A stretch of 64,000 nucleotides of DNA from Escherichia coli (GCF_003018115.1 NZ_CP027457.1), one strand, 5' to 3'; shown: positions 1 through 13,411, counted from the stretch's first letter. Notes: generated by a model not told the origin, from the sequence alone. Numbers and translations: made by a program.

Positions 1-947
1 TTTCCCGCAGCGGCGTCATCGATAGCTTTGCGGTAAACCTGTGCGGTGCGTGCACAATAGTAGAAAGATTTGGTACGACCTTCGATTTTCAGCGAATGCA
101 CGCCCATTTTGGTCAGGCGTTCTACATGGGCGATGGCGCGCAGATCTTTCGAGTTCATGATGTAAGTGCCGTGCTCATCTTCAAACGCGGTCATATACTC
201 GCCCGGACGCTGGGCCTCTTCGATCATAAACACTTTGTCGGTTGGTGCGCCGATACCCAGCGTCGGCTCAACATTTTGCACCGGAATCGGCTCGTACTTG
301 TGTACGATGTTGCCAACATCATCTTCTTTCCCTTCCTGGACGTTGTACTCCCAGCGGCAGGCGTTGGTGCAGGTGCCCTGGTTCGGGTCGCGCTTGTTGA
401 TATAGCCAGAGAGCAGGCAGCGACCGGAGTAGGCCATGCACAGCGCGCCGTGAACGAAGATCTCGATCTCCATATCCGGCACCTGATTGCGGATCTCTTC
501 AATCTCTTCCAGCGACAGCTCGCGAGAGAGGATCACGCGGGTCAGGCCCATTTGCTGCCAGAATTTCACCGTCGCCCAGTTCACGGCGTTAGCCTGCACC
601 GAAAGGTGGATCGGCATTTCAGGGAAGTGCTCACGCACCAGCATAATCAGCCCTGGATCGGACATAATCAGCGCATCCGGCCCCATTTCCACCACCGGTT
701 TCAGGTCACGGATAAAGGTTTTCAGCTTGGCGTTGTGCGGTGCAATGTTGACCACGACATAAAACTTTTTCCCCAGCGCGTGGGCTTCATTGATGCCGAG
801 CTGAAGATTTTCGTGGTTGAATTCGTTGTTGCGCACACGCAGGGAATAACGCGGCTGGCCCGCATAAACAGCATCTGCGCCATAAGCGAAAGCGTAACGC
901 ATATTTTTCAGCGTTCCCGCCGGGGAAAGGAGTTCCGGTTTAAACAT
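1..947 (-). CDS. yegQ: U32-family peptidase YegQ, 5' portion only (gene runs off the window start)
   Basis: Minus-strand frame opens at ATG (complement of 945-947) and stays open to the window edge; translation starts MFKPELLSP. The + strand ORF 96..989 in the track is its antisense shadow. Confidence 0.8.
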   Translation of the reverse strand, partial: MFKPELLSPAGTLKNMRYAFAYGADAVYAGQPRYSLRVRNNEFNHENLQLGINEAHALGKKFYVVVNIAPHNAKLKTFIRDLKPVVEMGPDALIMSDPGLIMLVREHFPEMPIHLSVQANAVNWATVKFWQQMGLTRVILSRELSLEEIEEIRNQVPDMEIEIFVHGALCMAYSGRCLLSGYINKRDPNQGTCTNACRWEYNVQEGKEDDVGNIVHKYEPIPVQNVEPTLGIGAPTDKVFMIEEAQRPGEYMTAFEDEHGTYIMNSKDLRAIAHVERLTKMGVHSLKIEGRTKSFYYCARTAQVYRKAIDDAAAG

Positions 948-1049
948 AATTCTCTCGTTCTGATGACAGGTCAGATCCGCTTCACCTGATGAAGCGGTTA
1001 GGGGAGTGCCCCCACTTTAAGGGCGGGCATTGTAGCGCAATCGGCGGGT

Positions 1050-1346
1050 TTAGCTCCAGTGTAAATGTCTGGTGGCGTCCTGGTTTTGGTTAAGGATACG
1101 AATGACGATAATTTCCCCTGGTGATTGCAGGAAATAAATGACGTGGCGTTCAAAAGGAAGAACAAAAATACCTTCGCCTAATTCAGGTCTGGGCGTACCT
1201 ATATTATTGTTACTCAGAATCTGGAGAACGTCTGAAAGATGTTCCACATATCTGTCGGCTTGTGGTTCGCCGAAATGGTGATAGCTGTAATACCAGATGC
1301 CTTCTAAATCCTCATTGGCTTTTGGCATGAGTTTAATAATACGCAC
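1050..1346 (-). CDS. ParE/RelE-superfamily toxin (type II TA)
   Basis: 98-aa ORF; C-terminal segment PFERHVIYFLQSPGEIIVIRILNQNQD resembles the ParE fold signature; its start overlaps the stop of the upstream antitoxin-like ORF by about 1 nt. Confidence 0.65.
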   Translation of the reverse strand: MRIIKLMPKANEDLEGIWYYSYHHFGEPQADRYVEHLSDVLQILSNNNIGTPRPELGEGIFVLPFERHVIYFLQSPGEIIVIRILNQNQDATRHLHWS

Positions 1347-1347
1347 A

Positions 1348-1599
1348 TTATTTCCTTATCCCTGCTTTCACCTTCCGTAAGAACGCGTCCTTTTCCCACG
1401 GCTGAGCTTCACCACTACTCAACCCTTCTGCGAGCATGTCACGTAACGCTTGCAGGCGAGACTCTGCTTGCTTTTCTCGAAGTAATCGCAGTGACTCACG
1501 GATCACTTCGCTTTGGGTGCGATAGTCGCCGGATTCAATTAAGGACTCGATAAATTCACGCAACTCATCGCCGAGATCAACCGTCATCGTTCTGGCCAT
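1348..1599 (-). CDS. ParD-like ribbon-helix-helix antitoxin
   Basis: Small ORF, MARTMTVDLGDELREFIESLIESGDYRTQSEVIRESLRLLRE matches the ParD/CopG-like pattern; sits immediately upstream of the toxin. Track ORF extends to 1644; the internal Met at 1599 is the more likely start. Confidence 0.6.
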   Translation of the reverse strand: MARTMTVDLGDELREFIESLIESGDYRTQSEVIRESLRLLREKQAESRLQALRDMLAEGLSSGEAQPWEKDAFLRKVKAGIRK

Positions 1600-1852
1600 T
1601 TTACGCCCGCCTGTAAGTAAAAATCTTACATCAGTGTATGTCATAAACCGGATAGCGTCACGAAAGTATTAGAAGATATTTTGGCACATGAACATGTTCA
1701 GGAGGATAAGTATGGGATGGTAAACAAAGAAAGCACAACGAGTGCTCGTCAGTGCCCACTATTTTAATGGCGGCGGTTACTCTTAATTATTAATAACTAA
1801 GCGTTATTTGGATATAAAGCCGGACGCCAACAACCCACGCCCGGCATCGTAA

Positions 1853-2185
1853 TTACGTATTGTCTTTCACCGTCTGGCTTGTGCCATTGGCTTTAACGGA
1901 GGCAATTCCGGTTTCACGAGATTGCGCGGTGGCGTACATCTGGCTGGAGCCGATAATTTGATGATTAGCGGCTTTCAGATTGAAATAGAATTTGCCGTTA
2001 CTTGCCGTTTTTTTCTCATAGCGTTCTTCTTGCGGGCTGTTGCTACGCACCGACGCGATGCCCTTTTCCGCAGAGGCTTTTGAGGTATACAGCTCGCTGG
2101 TGAGGATAGTCTCACCATTGCCCGCTTTTAGCACAAACCGGAACTGATTATCACTGCTCTCACTGAGTTCAAACCAACCAGCCAT
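1853..2185 (-). CDS. yegP: YegP (DUF1508 family) protein
   Basis: Translation MAGWFELSESSDNQFRFVLKAGNGETILTSELYTSK... matches remembered YegP; start set at the internal Met of track ORF 1853..2224. Confidence 0.8.
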   Translation of the reverse strand: MAGWFELSESSDNQFRFVLKAGNGETILTSELYTSKASAEKGIASVRSNSPQEERYEKKTASNGKFYFNLKAANHQIIGSSQMYATAQSRETGIASVKANGTSQTVKDNT

Positions 2186-2375
2186 AATGACTCCTTGATT
2201 GAAATTGTGTATCGAAAACAGCATCTAAAGGTGCTGTTTACCGATTAAAGTATGAGCGATTTTCTGATGCCTGCCAGGGCGGAGAGATAATGTCAGTTTG
2301 CTGACCATGCGTGGGATAATGTTGCCGGATCGGGTCTGAACGCCATCTCCGGCTAACAAAATAATGTCGCTAAAA

Positions 2376-3098
2376 CTAAACGATGCGGCAGGCGTCGGCT
2401 TCCCAGCGGTAACCGACGCCGTAAACGGCGCGGATAAATGACTGTTCGGCGTCGAGAGATTCCAGCTTGCGGCGCAGGTTTTTAATGTGGCTGTCAATGG
2501 TGCGGTCGGTTACTACGCGGTAGTCGTCATAAAGATGATTGAGCAATTGCTCGCGGGAGAACACTTTTCCTGGTTCATGAGAGAGCGTTTTCAACAGACG
2601 AAATTCCGCAGGTGTCAGGTCAAGCATTTTACCGCGCCATGAAGCCTGAAAACGACCTTCGTCGATAATCAACGGGCTTTCAGCATCCTGTTGCTGCAAC
2701 TCGCGCTGCGGTTTGCAACGGCGCAAAATGGTTTTGACGCGCGCTACCACTTCCCGTGGGCTGTACGGCTTACAGATATAATCATCTGCGCCAATCTCCA
2801 GCCCCAGCAGGCGATCGATCTCTTCGATTTTTGCCGTCACCATCACGATCGGAATGTCAGAAAAACGACGAATTTCCCGGCACAGCGTCAGGCCATCGGT
2901 GCCAGGGAGCATCAGATCTAACAGGATCAGATCCGGTGGTGTCTGGCGCACATACGGCAGTACCTGATCGCCGTGGCTGATAAGCGTCGGCGCATAGCTC
3001 GCAGCACGCAGATAATCAATGAGCAACTGCCCCAGCTTCGGTTCATCTTCCACGATCAAAATACGCGGTGTGTTTTCGTCGATTGGTAACTCGGTCAT
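2376..3098 (-). CDS. baeR: Response regulator BaeR (OmpR family)
   Basis: 240 aa, receiver domain plus winged-helix; [26 protein letters not shown]...; 4-nt overlap with baeS. Confidence 0.95.
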
Positions 3099-4498
3099 AC
3101 TTCTCTCTGTAAATCCCGTTCCAGCGGTAACTCTACTGTAATGCTTACCCCGCCAAAAGGCGAATGGGCAGCAATAATGCGACCATTATGTGCTTCAACA
3201 ATGTTCAGGCAAATCGCCAGCCCCAGCCCGGAACCGCCGCTGGCACGGTTGCGGGAACCTTCGGTGCGATAAAAACGTTCAAACAATTTTTGTAGCTGAT
3301 CGTCACTGACACCTGGCGCACTGTCGGCAAAGGTCAGGCGCACCGTTTTGTCGCGCTGCCCGGCAGAGATTTGCAGGCTGCCGCCGCTGTCAGTGTAGCG
3401 CAGGCTGTTTTCCAGTAAGTTATTGAATAACTGCATTAAACGGTCGCGATCGCCAAATACGGTAATACTGTCTGGCAGGGAAAATTGCAGTTTCAGGCCA
3501 CGACTGGCGAATCGTTCGCGAAATGCGCCGCCCGCCACTTCCAGCAGTGGGATCAAATCTACCGGTGCTTTTTGATAGGCGAGAGCGCCTTCATCAGACA
3601 TCGACAACTGATGGAGATCGTCAACCAGTTTGGTCAGTGTACCGACCTCCGCCTGTAAAGACGCCACCGTCTCCGGCGTGAATTTACGCACGCCATCCTG
3701 AATGGCTTCCAGTTCACCGCGCAGCACCGCTAATGGCGTACGCAGTTCGTGAGAAATATCGGCCATAAAATCGCGCCGCATTTGCTGGTTTTTCTCCAGT
3801 GTGCTGGCAAGCTGGTTGAAGTCTTGCGCCAGTTTGCCCAGTTCATCTTCACTGGTGGGCGTTACGCGGGTAGTGAAATCGCCCGCCGCCAGTTTGTGCG
3901 TGCCATCGACAAGTCGTTTTACCGGTGCCAGTAAACCGCGCGCCAGCAGAAAGGTGGCGAGCGCCGCGAGTAACGTTGCCAGAGCGACAATCAACCAGCT
4001 GGTTTGCCGCTGTTGTTTATCGAAATTGATATCAGTATTGCGCGTTAACCGCTCAACGGGGGAGGCGATCACCGCGCCAACTTCCGCACCGTTGACCAGA
4101 ATGGGTCGCCGTGTACCGTCAGGTGGAATCGGCGCTCGCGGACCAACCAGCACTTTGTTGTTTTGATCAACCACCCAGAACTGGGTACGCCAGCCGTGCG
4201 GTGGCATACCCGGGCCGGGTTTATCTTCCGAATTATCGTGTTCAAATGAACGCAGGATCTGAAAGACAAAGCGATCATTGTTGCGCAGGAAGCGCCAGTT
4301 GCCATGCTGCGCATACTGCTCGCCAAGCGCATCACTTAACAGTTGTAATCGCTGTTCATTACCATGCTTGATGTAATCAATAAAGCCACGCTCAAAACTG
4401 ATACGCACCGCCCAGTGCATACTGATCAGCAAGACAATGCAGGTGGCGAAAATCGCCAGAAACAGTTTGCCGGTAATACCGGGTCGCCAGAACTTCAT
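3095..4498 (-). CDS. baeS: Sensor histidine kinase BaeS
   Basis: 467 aa with N-terminal TM segments, H-box (SHELRTPL) and ATPase motifs; position in the mdt-bae operon. Confidence 0.95.
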
Positions 4499-5910
4499 TG
4501 CGCGCTCCTTTTTCGCCGCGAAATAGCTACATTTTGATGCGTATCGTTCGGCACTCTGGCAAAGATGAACGCCGGAAGGGCGATGATCAACGCCATGCTA
4601 AGCCAGGTGTACATAAAGACGGTTTGTGTGGTGCCGCTGTCGACGCTGACATGCTGTGAACCAAAAAGTCCCAGCAACAGCCCGGCGATAGTGACGCCGA
4701 TACTCATCGACAATTGCATAATCATCGACAGCAGGCTGTTGCCGCTGCTCGCCAGATTGTCCGGGAGATCTTTCAGCGTCAGGGTGTTCATGGAGGAGAA
4801 ACGCGTCGAGTTGACCATCCCTTGTAAAAACAGGACGAACGGCAAAACGTAGTACCAGCCCAGCAGGGCGGTAGTCATAAACAACAGGGTGACCAGCGAC
4901 AGACCCAGCGTGGTCGCTACCAGTACCCGACGATAACCAAAGCGATTCACCACCTGTACCACAATTCGCTTCATTCCCATGCTGCCAAGCACCATCGGGA
5001 TCATCATCAGTCCGGCATGAAACGGTGAGAAACCGAGGCCAATTTGCAGGAAAACCGGTGTCATAAAGGGCAACATGCCACTGCCAATACGTCCGGCAAA
5101 GCTCCCCGCCAGGCCCAGCGAAAAGGTACGAGTGCGGAACAGTTTCAGACTGAAAAGAGCGCGGTGGTTATTTCTGGCGTGCAGCAGATAAAGCACCAGT
5201 GCCACCACGCCAACTGCGACCAGGCCTGCAATCGTCAGCGGCGATAAACCTGTACCTTTACTGCCGTCCAGCACCAGGGTTAATACCGCCATGCCAACCG
5301 CCAGCAATAAAAATCCGGAGAGATCAAAGCGCCGCGTCTGCATGGTGTAGTTCGGCATTAACAGCAATGTGGCGATCGCACCGATAATCCCCACCGGAAT
5401 GTTGATCAAAAAGATCCAGTGCCACGACGCGTACTCCACCAGCAGACCGCCGAGCGCCGGACCGAGCAGCGGACCGACCTGACCGGGTAACGTGACAAAG
5501 GTCATCGCCGCCATATATTGCTCGCGCGGTACGATTTTCATCACCGTCAATCTGCCGACCGGCACCATCATCGCGCCGCCAACGCCCTGTAACGCGCGTG
5601 CCAGCAACAGTTCGTTCAGCGTGCCGGAAAGCGCGCAAAACAGTGAACCGAGAGTAAACAGCACGATGGCGGTAAAGAAAATATTGCGCACGCCGACTTT
5701 GTCCGCCAGCCAGCCGCTGGCGGGCAGCATCACCGCCACGGTCAGCACATAAGAGACAATGACCATGTGCATATGCAACGGACTTTCCCCGAGGCTTTGC
5801 GCCATTGAGGGAAGGGCGGTGTTTACGATGGTGGTGTCCAGCGACTGCATAAAGAAGCCGAAAGCCACAATCCACAATTGCCAACGGGTGCTGTCGGGAA
5901 GATCTGTCAT
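4495..5910 (-). CDS. mdtD: MFS transporter MdtD
   Basis: 471 aa, polytopic membrane protein; operon position between mdtC and baeS. Confidence 0.9.
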   Translation of the reverse strand: MTDLPDSTRWQLWIVAFGFFMQSLDTTIVNTALPSMAQSLGESPLHMHMVIVSYVLTVAVMLPASGWLADKVGVRNIFFTAIVLFTLGSLFCALSGTLNELLLARALQGVGGAMMVPVGRLTVMKIVPREQYMAAMTFVTLPGQVGPLLGPALGGLLVEYASWHWIFLINIPVGIIGAIATLLLMPNYTMQTRRFDLSGFLLLAVGMAVLTLVLDGSKGTGLSPLTIAGLVAVGVVALVLYLLHARNNHRALFSLKLFRTRTFSLGLAGSFAGRIGSGMLPFMTPVFLQIGLGFSPFHAGLMMIPMVLGSMGMKRIVVQVVNRFGYRRVLVATTLGLSLVTLLFMTTALLGWYYVLPFVLFLQGMVNSTRFSSMNTLTLKDLPDNLASSGNSLLSMIMQLSMSIGVTIAGLLLGLFGSQHVSVDSGTTQTVFMYTWLSMALIIALPAFIFARVPNDTHQNVAISRRKRSAQ

Positions 5911-8900
5911 TTACTCGGTTACCGTTTGTTTAGGTTTACGCGAAAAACGCAGCCGCAGACGGTCGAAAAAGAGATACACCACCGGCGTGGTATACAGCGT
6001 AAGGAGCTGGCTCATTACCAGTCCGCCGACAATGGTGATCCCCAGGGGTTGCCGCAGCTCCGAGCCGTCGCCGCCCGACAATACCAGCGGCAGCGCACCA
6101 AACAGCGCCGCCAGGGTGGTCATCATAATCGGGCGAAAACGCAGCAGACAGGCCTGGAAAATAGCTTCCTGCGGCGTCAGGTTACCGTGCCGTTGGGCTT
6201 CAAGCGCAAAATCGACCATCATAATGGCGTTTTTCTTCACGATGCCGATTAATAGCATGATCCCTATCAGGGCGATTAGGCTGAACGGGGCATTGAACAG
6301 CTCCAGCGCCAACAGCGCTCCAACGCCCGCCGAGGGCAGGGTGGAGAGAATCGTCAGCGGATGTACGTAACTCTCGTAAAGGATACCCAGCACGATATAC
6401 ACCGTGGCGATGGCGGCGATAATCAGGATCACCTGCGAGTTCATCGTCTCCTGGAACACCTGCGCCGTGCCGGCAAAACTGCCGCGCACCGTCGAAGGCA
6501 CACCAAGCTGGGTCATTGCGCGATCGATCGCCGCACTGGCGTCCGAGAGCGATTTTCCGGTCGGCAGGTTAAACGAAATGGTCGAGGCCGCCGATAATCC
6601 CTGATGATTCACCGATAGTGGGGCATTCGCCGGTTGCCATTTAGCGAAATACGACAGCGGGATCGCTTTGCCTTCGTTATTGATAACGAACATTTTTTCC
6701 AGCGCACTGATGTCCTGGGTATAGCGCGGATCCACTTCCATCACCACTTTATACTGGTTCATCGGCTGGTAAATGGTCGAGATTTGCCGCTGACCGAAGG
6801 CGTTATTTAACAGACTGTTGGCGGCTTGTACGTCGATTCCCAGCCGTGCCATGGTGTCACGGTCGTAAACCAGATTCATCTCCGCGCCGTTATCCTGCTG
6901 ATCGGAGTTCACGTCCGCCAGTTCCGGCAACGTCGCCAGTTTTTTGCGGATTTTCGGCTCCCATTCGCGCAGTGCCGCCAGGTCGTCGGATAACAACGTG
7001 TACTGGTAGCTGGCGTTCGACTGACGCCCACCAACGCGAATATCCTGTACCGCCATCAGGAACAGATTCGCCCCCGGTTCTTTCGCCAGTTTTACGCGCA
7101 GACGGTCGATAATTTGCTGCGCCGTTTCGCTGCGTTCGTCGCGTGGCTTGAGGGTGATAAACATCATCCCACTGTTAACTCGTGAACCGCCGGTAAAGCC
7201 GGTGACATTATCCACTGCCGGATCGTCACGGATAATTTTCATGAAATCCTGCAATTTGCCGCGCATCGCCTGAAACGAAATACTCTGATCCGCCTGAATC
7301 CCGCCCATCAACACGCCAGTGTCCTGCTCCGGGAAGAAGGTTTTCGGGATCGAGATATACAGCCAGATATTCAGCGCAATGGTGCCAAGCAGCACCACGC
7401 CCACCAGACGGGTATGATTGAGCACCCAGTTCAGTGACTTGCCGTAGCCTTGTTGCAGGGCTACCAACATGCGACCAAAACCACGCAGTCGCTTTTGCTC
7501 GCGCGGCTTGCTGGCTTTCAGCATCCAGCCACACATCATTGGCGTTAATGTCAGAGAAACCAGCAACGAAATACCAATGGCGACAGAAAGCGTCACGGCA
7601 AATTCGCGTAACAGTCGGCCCGGCAATCCGCCCATCAACAGCAGCGGCAGGAACACCGCCACCAGTGACAGACTCATCGACAGCACCGTAAAGCCGACTT
7701 CGCGAGTACCTTGTAGCGCGGCCTGTAGCGGTTTCATCCCCGCTTCCAGATGACGGGCAATGTTTTCCAGCACCACGATGGCGTCATCCACCACGAAACC
7801 AGTAGCGATGGTGAGCGCCATTAACGAAAGGTTATTGAGACTGAATCCGCACAGGTACATCGCCGCAAACGTACCAATCAGCGAAACCGGCACCGCAACG
7901 GCGGGAATAATAGTGGCGCGACCCGAGCGCAGGAATAAAAACACCACCAGAATCACCAGCGCCACCGAGATAATCAGCGTTTGCTCGACTTCTTCCAGCG
8001 AGGCGCGAATGGTGGGGGAGCGATCCTGAGCAATTTGCAGATCAATCGCCGCCGGAATGGTTTCCTGCAACTCCGGTAATTTTGCCCGGATGCTGTCTAC
8101 CGTCTGGATAATATTGGCTTCCGGCAGCTTGCGGATCATCAGCAAAATAGCCGGTTTGGCGTTGGTCATCCCGGCGTTGCGCACATCCTGCACCGAGTCG
8201 GTCACCGTCGCCACATCGCCCAGACGAACCGCGCCGCCGTTGTTGTAATGAATAATCAACGGCTGATATTCGGCGGCGGTTTTTAGCTCATCATTGGTCT
8301 GGATCTGCCAGCGGTGAGTGCCATCTTCCAGCGCCCCCTGCGGTTTACGCACGTTGGCATTGCTGATGGCGGTGCGTACGTCGTCCAGCGAGACGCCCTG
8401 ATTAAACAGCGCCTGCGGATTCAGCCCGACGCGTACGGCGGGCAGCGAGCTGCCGCCAACATCGACATCACCGACACCGTCGATTTGCGAAATCGTCGGA
8501 GCCAGCTGCGTCGAGGCAAAATCGTACAGTTCACCCTGCGAATAAGTATCGGATGTCAGCGTGAGGATCATAATTGGCGCATCCGACGGGTTAGCTTTGC
8601 GATAGGTCGGACGGCTGGGCATCCCGCTGGGCAGCAAACTTTGTGCAGCGTTGATCGCCGCCTGCACATCGCGCGCCGCGCCGTTGATATCCCGGTCAAA
8701 ATCAAACTGCAAAATAATACGCGTGCTGCCGAGCGAACTGCTGGAGGTCATTTCACTGACTCCGGCAATGCGCCCAAGTGAGCGCTCCAGCGGCGTGGCA
8801 ACGGAAGACGCCATTGTTTCTGGTGACGCACCGGGCAGCGAGGCGCTGACCATAATCACCGGAAAATCGACCTGCGGCAGCGGGGCGACCGGCAGCATAC

Positions 8901-8988
8901 GGAAGCCCAGTATGCCGCACAGGGTAATGGCAACCGACAGTAAAATCGTCGCCACCGGACGGTAAATGAAGAGGGCAAAAAACTTCAC
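5911..8988 (-). CDS. mdtC: RND multidrug efflux transporter MdtC
   Basis: 1025 aa RND permease (AcrB-like); directly follows mdtB. Confidence 0.95.
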   Translation of the reverse strand: MKFFALFIYRPVATILLSVAITLCGILGFRMLPVAPLPQVDFPVIMVSASLPGASPETMASSVATPLERSLGRIAGVSEMTSSSSLGSTRIILQFDFDRDINGAARDVQAAINAAQSLLPSGMPSRPTYRKANPSDAPIMILTLTSDTYSQGELYDFASTQLAPTISQIDGVGDVDVGGSSLPAVRVGLNPQALFNQGVSLDDVRTAISNANVRKPQGALEDGTHRWQIQTNDELKTAAEYQPLIIHYNNGGAVRLGDVATVTDSVQDVRNAGMTNAKPAILLMIRKLPEANIIQTVDSIRAKLPELQETIPAAIDLQIAQDRSPTIRASLEEVEQTLIISVALVILVVFLFLRSGRATIIPAVAVPVSLIGTFAAMYLCGFSLNNLSLMALTIATGFVVDDAIVVLENIARHLEAGMKPLQAALQGTREVGFTVLSMSLSLVAVFLPLLLMGGLPGRLLREFAVTLSVAIGISLLVSLTLTPMMCGWMLKASKPREQKRLRGFGRMLVALQQGYGKSLNWVLNHTRLVGVVLLGTIALNIWLYISIPKTFFPEQDTGVLMGGIQADQSISFQAMRGKLQDFMKIIRDDPAVDNVTGFTGGSRVNSGMMFITLKPRDERSETAQQIIDRLRVKLAKEPGANLFLMAVQDIRVGGRQSNASYQYTLLSDDLAALREWEPKIRKKLATLPELADVNSDQQDNGAEMNLVYDRDTMARLGIDVQAANSLLNNAFGQRQISTIYQPMNQYKVVMEVDPRYTQDISALEKMFVINNEGKAIPLSYFAKWQPANAPLSVNHQGLSAASTISFNLPTGKSLSDASAAIDRAMTQLGVPSTVRGSFAGTAQVFQETMNSQVILIIAAIATVYIVLGILYESYVHPLTILSTLPSAGVGALLALELFNAPFSLIALIGIMLLIGIVKKNAIMMVDFALEAQRHGNLTPQEAIFQACLLRFRPIMMTTLAALFGALPLVLSGGDGSELRQPLGITIVGGLVMSQLLTLYTTPVVYLFFDRLRLRFSRKPKQTVTE

Positions 8989-11900
8989 TTACGCCTCCTC
9001 TTCATGGCGAGCAAAGCGACTTTTGGTCCACAATGCCAGGCGGTCGAACAGCAGATAAATCACCGGCGTGGTAAACAGCGTCAGCACCTGGCTGACAATC
9101 AGGCCGCCGACCATGCCGATACCTAACGGACGACGCAGTTCCGCGCCGACCCCGGTACTCAACATCAGCGGCAGCGCGCCAAGCAGAGCCGCCAGAGTGG
9201 TCATCAGGATCGGACGAAAACGCAACAGACAAGCCTGGTAGATGGCATCGCGCGGCGACATGCCTTGCTCGCGCTCAGCAGCCAGCGCGAAGTCGATCAT
9301 CATGATGGCGTTCTTCTTCACGATACCGATCAGCAAAATAATGCCGATAATCGCAATCACATCCAGTTCGCTACCGGCAATCATTAACGCCAGCAGTGCG
9401 CCGACTCCTGCGGTGGGTAGCGTCGAGAGAATGGTGATCGGGTGAATAAAGCTCTCGTACAGAATGCCGAGCACGATATACATCGCCACCACCGCCGTGA
9501 CAATCAGCCAGACAGTGCTGCCCAGCGCCGACTGGAAGGCGAGGGTGCTGCCCTGGAATTGCGTGGTGATATCCACCGGCAGATTCAGCGTCTTTTCGGT
9601 GTCCATAATCGCCTGCACCGCATCGCCCAGCGAATAGTTATCCGGCACGTTAAAGGAGATGGTCGTTACCGGGAACTGATCCAGATGGTTGATGGAAAGC
9701 GGCGCAAAACGCTGTTCAACTTTGGCAATTGAGCTTAACGGCACCACGCCGCCGTCGCTACTGGTCAGGCGAATGGTATCCAGCGCCGCGAGGCCCGGGG
9801 TAATTTCGGTGTTGTGCTCCAGCACTACGCGATACTGGTTAGCCTGAGTATAAATAGTGGAAATCAGTCGCTGACCAAACGCGTTGTACAGGGCGTTATC
9901 GACATCCGCCATGCTGATCCCCAGACGGCTGGCGCTGTCGCGATCAACATTGACATACGCCACCAGCCCTTTGTCCTGCCAGTCGCTGGAGACATCAGAA
10001 AGCTGTGGCAGTTGCTGGAGTTCTTCCATCAACTGTGGCACCCAGGTACTGAGCGCATCCAGTGAGGTGGCCTGCAAGGTAAACTGGTACTGGGTGCGGC
10101 TGACCTGAGTATCAATAGTCAGATCCTGCGTTGGTTGCAGGAAGAGATCGACGCCCGGCACTTTATCTACCGCCGTTTGCAGACGGGCGATGACTTTTTG
10201 CACCCGATCATCACGTTCATCCAACGGTTTGAGGTTGATTTGTAAACGTGCACTATTCAGCGACGGGTTAGTGCCATCAACGCCAACAAATGAGGTCAGG
10301 CTTTGCACTGCCGGATCCTGCAAAATCACGTCCGCGACCTGGCGTTGTCGCTGGGCCATATTGGCAAAGGAGCTGGATTGCGGTGCCTGCAAAGTGCCCT
10401 GAATAATGCCGTTGTCCTGTACCGGGAAGAAACCTTTCGGAATGAACACCCATAAGAGAACGCTAAGCAGCAGCGTGCTGAGCGCCACGCTTAAGGTCAG
10501 CCACGGATGATTCAGCACCTTCGCCAGTCCACGACCATAGGCGGCGATTATCCTGTCGAACATTTTTTCCGAGGCACGGGAGAATCGGTTCTGTTTACGC
10601 AGCGACTCCTGGCTGAGCATCCGCGCGCACATCATCGGTGTCAGGGTCAGCGACACCACCGCTGAGATCAAAATCGCTACCGCCAGGGTAATAGCAAATT
10701 CGCGGAACAGTCGCCCGACGATATCGCCCATAAACAGCAGTGGAATCAACACCGCAATCAGCGAGAAGGTCAGCGAGATAATGGTAAAGCCGATTTCACC
10801 CGCGCCTTTGAGCGCCGCCGCCAACGGTTTTTCGCCTTTTTCGATATAGCGGGAAATGTTTTCGATCACTACGATGGCGTCATCGACCACGAATCCGGTG
10901 GCGATAGTTAACGCCATCAGTGTCAGGTTATTGATTGAAAAATCGAGAAACACCATAACCGCAAAAGTGCCGATTAACGACAGCGGTACAGCAACACCGG
11001 GAATGATGGTCGCCGGAATATTGCGCAAAAACAGGTAGATGATCATGACTACCAGCGCGATAGCCATCATCAATTCAAACTGAGTATCATCGACGGATGC
11101 GCGAATATTGGTGGTGCGATCGGAAAGCACTGTCACCTTCACCGATTTCGGCAGACTCTCGGTGAGCTGTGGCAGCATCTGCCGGATGCTGTCGGCGGTG
11201 GAGATAATGTTAGCACCGGGCTGGCGCTGAACATTCATCACAATGGCCTGTTCTTTGTTCGCCCACGCGCCGAGCCAGCTGTTTTCTGCTCCTTGCTCTA
11301 CGGTTGCGACATCGCCCAGACGAATCGGTGCGCCGTTCTGGTAGGCGATGATTAGCTGGCGATACTCTTCGGCGGATTGCATCTGGTCGTTAGCGGAAAG
11401 CGTGACCGCACGGGAAGGGCCGTCGAGGCTACCTTTTGCCGAGTTGACGTTAGCTCCGGTAATGGCGGTGCGCACGGTTTCGCTGGTCAGGCCGAGGGCG
11501 GCAATCGCCTGGGCGTTAAGTTTGACGCGAACAGCCGGACGCTGACCGCCGGAAAGCGTCACCAGTCCGACACCGGAAATCTGCGAGATTTTCTGCGCGA
11601 CGCGGGTTTCCACCATATCTTCTACCTGGGTCATCGGCATGGCGGTTGAGGTGACGGCGAGCGTCATGATCGGCGGATCTGCCGGGTTCACTTTGCTGTA
11701 AACCGGCGGGTTAGGCAGATCGCTCGGCAACAAGTTGGTCGCAGCGTTAATCGCGGCCTGCACTTCCTGCTCGGCGACATCGAGCGGTAATGTTAGCTGG
11801 AACTGCAAAGTGATAACTGACGCACCGCCGGAACTTTGCGACGACATCTGTTTCAGGCCAGACATCTGCCCGAACTGGCGTTCGAGCGGCGCGGTAACGG

Positions 11901-12111
11901 CAGAGGTCATGACATCCGGGCTGGCACCTGGGTAGAGCGTGACCACCTGAATGGTCGGATAGTCCACTTCCGGCAGCGCCGAAACGGGCAGGGCGCGATA
12001 ACCGATAATCCCGGCGAGTAAGATCGCCACCATCAGCAGCGTGGTGGCCACAGGACGCATAATAAACAGGCGCGACGGGCCGCCTGTGCTGCTCGGGGGT
12101 AACACCTGCAT
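8989..12111 (-). CDS. mdtB: RND multidrug efflux transporter MdtB
   Basis: 1040 aa RND permease; start overlaps the mdtA stop. Confidence 0.95.
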   Translation of the reverse strand: MQVLPPSSTGGPSRLFIMRPVATTLLMVAILLAGIIGYRALPVSALPEVDYPTIQVVTLYPGASPDVMTSAVTAPLERQFGQMSGLKQMSSQSSGGASVITLQFQLTLPLDVAEQEVQAAINAATNLLPSDLPNPPVYSKVNPADPPIMTLAVTSTAMPMTQVEDMVETRVAQKISQISGVGLVTLSGGQRPAVRVKLNAQAIAALGLTSETVRTAITGANVNSAKGSLDGPSRAVTLSANDQMQSAEEYRQLIIAYQNGAPIRLGDVATVEQGAENSWLGAWANKEQAIVMNVQRQPGANIISTADSIRQMLPQLTESLPKSVKVTVLSDRTTNIRASVDDTQFELMMAIALVVMIIYLFLRNIPATIIPGVAVPLSLIGTFAVMVFLDFSINNLTLMALTIATGFVVDDAIVVIENISRYIEKGEKPLAAALKGAGEIGFTIISLTFSLIAVLIPLLFMGDIVGRLFREFAITLAVAILISAVVSLTLTPMMCARMLSQESLRKQNRFSRASEKMFDRIIAAYGRGLAKVLNHPWLTLSVALSTLLLSVLLWVFIPKGFFPVQDNGIIQGTLQAPQSSSFANMAQRQRQVADVILQDPAVQSLTSFVGVDGTNPSLNSARLQINLKPLDERDDRVQKVIARLQTAVDKVPGVDLFLQPTQDLTIDTQVSRTQYQFTLQATSLDALSTWVPQLMEELQQLPQLSDVSSDWQDKGLVAYVNVDRDSASRLGISMADVDNALYNAFGQRLISTIYTQANQYRVVLEHNTEITPGLAALDTIRLTSSDGGVVPLSSIAKVEQRFAPLSINHLDQFPVTTISFNVPDNYSLGDAVQAIMDTEKTLNLPVDITTQFQGSTLAFQSALGSTVWLIVTAVVAMYIVLGILYESFIHPITILSTLPTAGVGALLALMIAGSELDVIAIIGIILLIGIVKKNAIMMIDFALAAEREQGMSPRDAIYQACLLRFRPILMTTLAALLGALPLMLSTGVGAELRRPLGIGMVGGLIVSQVLTLFTTPVIYLLFDRLALWTKSRFARHEEEA

Positions 12112-13358
12112 CAGGAGCGTGCTCCTTTTTTCGCGTATTCGCGGCTGGTGGCTTTCTCTTCCGGAGTAGTGGCGCTCTGGGCTTCCACCACTTCCACTTT
12201 CGCCCCTTCGGTCAGGCGATCAATGCCGTCTGTCACCACGCGATCGCCCGCAGAAATACCTGCACGGATCACCACTTTCTGACTGTCCTGAATGCCCGGC
12301 GTCACCAGATGTTTGCTGACCTTGTTTTCGCTACTCAGCACCCAGACAAAATGGCCTTCATTGCCCATTTGCAGGGCGGCCGTTGGGATCACTACGGCGT
12401 TTTGTTCGGTGTCGACTAACATGCGCGCGTTAACAAACTGATTGGGAAACAGCGCATCATCCTGATTATTAAAGCGTGCTTTCACTTTAATCGTACCGGT
12501 TGTGGCATCGATTTGGTTATCGAGGCTTAACAGCGTGCCTTCACTTAATTTCTTCGAATTGGTGCGATCCCAGGCTTCTACCACCAGCGGTTTTCCGGCT
12601 TTTTGCGCCTGCACTACAGTAGCGATATCGCTTTCCGGCAGGGTAAAGACTAAATCGATAGGATGCGTCTGGGTGATCACCACAATTCCGGTGGTATCAC
12701 CACTGGAGATTTGGTTACCAACATCAACCTGCTTGAGACCAACGCGACCATCGACTGGTGCGGTGATGCGGCTCCAGTCGAGTTGCAGCTGCGCGCTGGC
12801 GACGCTTGCTTCATCAGCCTTAATGGTGCCTTCGGTTTCACTGACCAGCGCCTGTTGGGCATCCAGCTCCTGACGGGAGACGAGATTGGTTTTTGCCAGT
12901 TGCTGATAACGCGCCAGATCACGGCGGGCGTTAGCAAGCGTGGCTTTATCTTTTGCCAGTTGGCCCTGGGCTTGTGCTAATGCAACTTTGAACTGGCTGG
13001 GGTCAATTTCTGCCAGTAAATCGCCTGCTTTGACCTGCTGGCCTTCCTGGAAATGTAACGCCATCAGTTGACCGTCCACGCGGCTGCGCACCGTAACAGT
13101 ATTAGCGGCGGTAATGGTGCCAAGCCCGATGAGGTAACGCGGAACTGCCTGTTCTACGGCGGTCGCCGCCTGAACCGGGGCTAATGGGCCGGAACGCATA
13201 CCACGGCGACCACCCGCTGGCGATTGCTGCGCTTGTTTCGTCGCCCCTGGGGCTGCACTCTGGGAGTCATTGCGGCCTTGCCAGAACCAGAATGCGGCGA
13301 TGGCGGCGATAACCACCACGATTACGATTACCCAACGGGATTTATAACTGCCTTTCAT
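12111..13358 (-). CDS. mdtA: Membrane fusion (periplasmic adaptor) protein MdtA
   Basis: Track ORF 12111..13505; conserved start [15 protein letters not shown] at internal ATG (complement of 13356-13358); RND adaptor family. Confidence 0.9.
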   Translation of the reverse strand: MKGSYKSRWVIVIVVVIAAIAAFWFWQGRNDSQSAAPGATKQAQQSPAGGRRGMRSGPLAPVQAATAVEQAVPRYLIGLGTITAANTVTVRSRVDGQLMALHFQEGQQVKAGDLLAEIDPSQFKVALAQAQGQLAKDKATLANARRDLARYQQLAKTNLVSRQELDAQQALVSETEGTIKADEASVASAQLQLDWSRITAPVDGRVGLKQVDVGNQISSGDTTGIVVITQTHPIDLVFTLPESDIATVVQAQKAGKPLVVEAWDRTNSKKLSEGTLLSLDNQIDATTGTIKVKARFNNQDDALFPNQFVNARMLVDTEQNAVVIPTAALQMGNEGHFVWVLSSENKVSKHLVTPGIQDSQKVVIRAGISAGDRVVTDGIDRLTEGAKVEVVEAQSATTPEEKATSREYAKKGARS

Positions 13359-13411
13359 CGTTAAGAGTTTCTCTTCCTGAAACGTTTCGCGGAATGATAC
13401 TAGTGTAGCCA

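Noticed and set aside
96-989. 297-aa + strand ORF at the window start
   Set aside because: It is the antisense shadow of yegQ: the minus strand translates to the recognisable YegQ N-terminus (MFKPELLSP...), while the + strand product has no recognisable features.
2225-2497. 90-aa minus-strand ORF between yegP and baeR
   Set aside because: Overlaps the 3' end of baeR in another frame and the yegP promoter region; no domain-like features.
5324-5884. Arg/Gly-rich 186-aa minus-strand ORF, plus several other 60-260-aa ORFs inside mdtB, mdtC, mdtD, dgcE, cpsB and wcaK (e.g. 49394..50176, 43796..44266, 39438..40235)
   Set aside because: All lie entirely within, and in alternative frames or antisense to, long well-supported genes; low-complexity composition typical of GC-rich shadow frames.
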